DNA of 64,000 bases from Lama guanicoe (Eukaryota): contig MU054187.1 in assembly GCA_013239625.1 (NCBI GenBank), positions 7,598,358 through 7,662,357 of the forward strand, read 5' to 3'. Below the pieces are notes generated by a model. That model ran no database searches and was not told the DNA's origin. It was given only the letters and a program-made list of their open reading frames with translations. A program made the position numbers and the translations under genes. Below are positions 62,040-64,000 of this stretch, one piece after another (the stretch's first letter is position 1; every line of letters starts with the position of its first letter).

Positions 62040-62076
62040 CCTCTCTCTCTCTCTCCTCTCTCTCCCTCTCTCTCTG

Positions 62077-62107
<31 letters not shown>

Positions 62108-62136
62108 AACACACACACACTCTCTCTCTCTCTCTC
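62040..62136. repeat. Compound (CT)n(CA)n(CT)n microsatellite
   Basis: Read directly. Confidence 0.92.
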
Positions 62137-62567
62137 ACGGGCACCGGTGGCCCCATTGTCAACAAAGAATGCATAATGGCGAAGTACTCAGCAGTGATTT
62201 TGGTGATGTTTTGCCTTGCGTGTTTTGAAAGTATTCCTGAAGAGTATAAATAAATGTGCCCTAAACTCTCCCCCTTTCTCTCTGCTGATATTTGGAGCTA
62301 AGCTCTCAACGAAAGGGGCGGCCTGTGAACCGCAGTGGCCAGAATGCTTTCAGGGAACAAATGGGTGGCTCAGTGGCGTCCTCTCTTTTCCATAATATTA
62401 GCACCGTATAGATTTAATAACGGGGTGATTGAAAACATTTTGATGATGGGGCAGTTTCTCTGATCTGCAAAGGAGAGCATCTGAAAGCATCTGATTTGCT
62501 CGTGTACCAATTAATTATTGAAGCAACAGAAAATACAAGCCACAGTGCTTCCCTCCTGCAAAAAGGC

Positions 62568-62571
<4 letters not shown>

Positions 62572-62610
<39 letters not shown>

Positions 62611-62618
62611 TGTGTGTC
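62572..62618. repeat. (GT)n microsatellite
   Basis: Read directly. Confidence 0.92.
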
Positions 62619-64000
62619 TCGCTGTCTGTGCTCTTGGGCTCGTGTTTATACATATGCGTATACTACTGAGAAGGGAAACTTGGCCAGAAATTTCATTTTG
62701 ACCTTGAAAATTATTGGGAGATTTTCTGTGTGTGTGTCTGATAGGGTAGTATTTGATGTAATAGGAACACAATCCTTTTTTCTTTTCCCTTTTAATCTGT
62801 TCTTCCTCCACATCACTTAAACGGGCCTCACAGCCAAACATCACCTTAAATTCTAATTTCTATTTCTAGCCTGTATTTTATTAGCACCTTTTCTGTTTTA
62901 CAATCTACTCACTCATAGGGCACCAGATCTGTTGTGAGCAAACAATACGGTTTTGTTTCATGTTCCCGTAAACATTATTCTACTGAGTGGTGCAGTCCCC
63001 GTATCTTGTACCTTATTTCATTTGGTCACGTTTGGGAGACTATTTCATGATATTTAGGCTTAAGTTTGTCTTTTTTTTTTCCCTAGAGTCCGGGGCTCCC
63101 TAAAGTTTTAAGGTAAAAGGAGACCGTATCTTTAGGTTTTTGTAAAATTTGTTGCTTTGTATTGTGACAATAGTGTTCATATGCCTGACATCCTCATAAT
63201 AATATTAAGCTCTATTTTTTAGTGTGATGTACTTTATACATTTGTATAAATGTCACAGCCTGTAATCACTTCCTTTGTCATCGACGATTAATCTAAAAAA
63301 ATCGAATAATTCACTGCCCCTTGCCATTTACATATCGTCTGCTGCCATCTGCTCTTCTCAGCAGCAGTAAATGATGGGTAATTAACTCACTGCCTTTGTC
63401 TTTCCCTTGCTGAATGTCTGACACATATAGATTTTCCTCTGTGTGTGTATGTGCGTGTGTGTCTGTGCAAGTAAGGGGAAGAGGGAGGGAAGGAGAGAGG
63501 GGAGAGCGAAAAAGAATGCATGATAGTGCAAATCTGGAAGTCAGCACAAGATAATTTCAAGAGAAAAGGCCAAACAAAGATGTTGGTCTGGAGAAGGGGC
63601 CATATTTCATAACCTTAAGCTTTCTCAAGCTGAAAGGAAGAGCCACGAGAGCAATGGCTGCCTTGCACAAGCAAGAAGCGTTTTTCTAAAGCCTCAGTGG
63701 TCAAGGTCAAGATGCAAAATCAAATAAGGGCTCCGTGAGCTATTCCTGTCTACCAGAGGGCAAAGAGATCGCGTCAATGAGACTAAGTGGAAGGTCCCCA
63801 CAACCCACATGACTTCTGAACTGGTAGGGAGAATCCGTGTTTGGAGAAGCGATGATAGAAAAGCGATCTCAGCTGATCTTGATGCGACACGTTTTTGAAA
63901 ATGGAAAGGATCTAGGAAAACTTACAAGGGCTTATGAGACTGGGGAATATATAGATATGCTTATTTTAAAGGGAAACGGTGTCACTGCCCTGGATTTTCC

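Noticed and set aside
1..64000. The short ORFs in the six-frame track as protein-coding genes
   Set aside because: All are at most 164 aa, many use non-ATG starts, and many overlap repeats or microsatellites. None resembles a known cellular protein, which is the expected background for mammalian non-coding DNA.

Overview
This is mammalian non-coding genomic DNA, an intron or intergenic region, very probably from a camelid. That assignment rests on tRNA-Ala-derived SINEs resembling the camelid Vic-1 family, alongside a set of similar, young L1 3' ends. I can support no protein-coding gene, functional RNA gene, CRISPR array or prokaryotic-type system. The only recognisable peptides in the ORF track are L1 ORF2 C-terminal remnants. 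The window is a mosaic of L1, L2, MIR, CR1/L3, MaLR (MLT1) and ERV1 solo LTRs, hAT elements (MER5, MER94, MER53), SINEs and microsatellites, between TE-poor, motif-rich blocks that look like conserved enhancers. The most notable structures are: (1) a ~99.8% identical 2,025-bp tandem duplication at 44775-48823 and a 285-bp one at ~20921-21490, either of which may be an assembly or haplotype artefact; (2) a perfect 25-bp direct repeat bracketing a ~1.55-kb enhancer-like block at 28133-29733; (3) a 5'-inverted (twin-primed) L1 next to a perfect 48-bp palindrome at ~38.3-38.7 kb; (4) two older local duplications; (5) a small CpG/GC-box island at ~50.9 kb. I found no convincing previously undescribed biological system. 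TE family names come from my recollection of consensus sequences, and TE boundaries are approximate.
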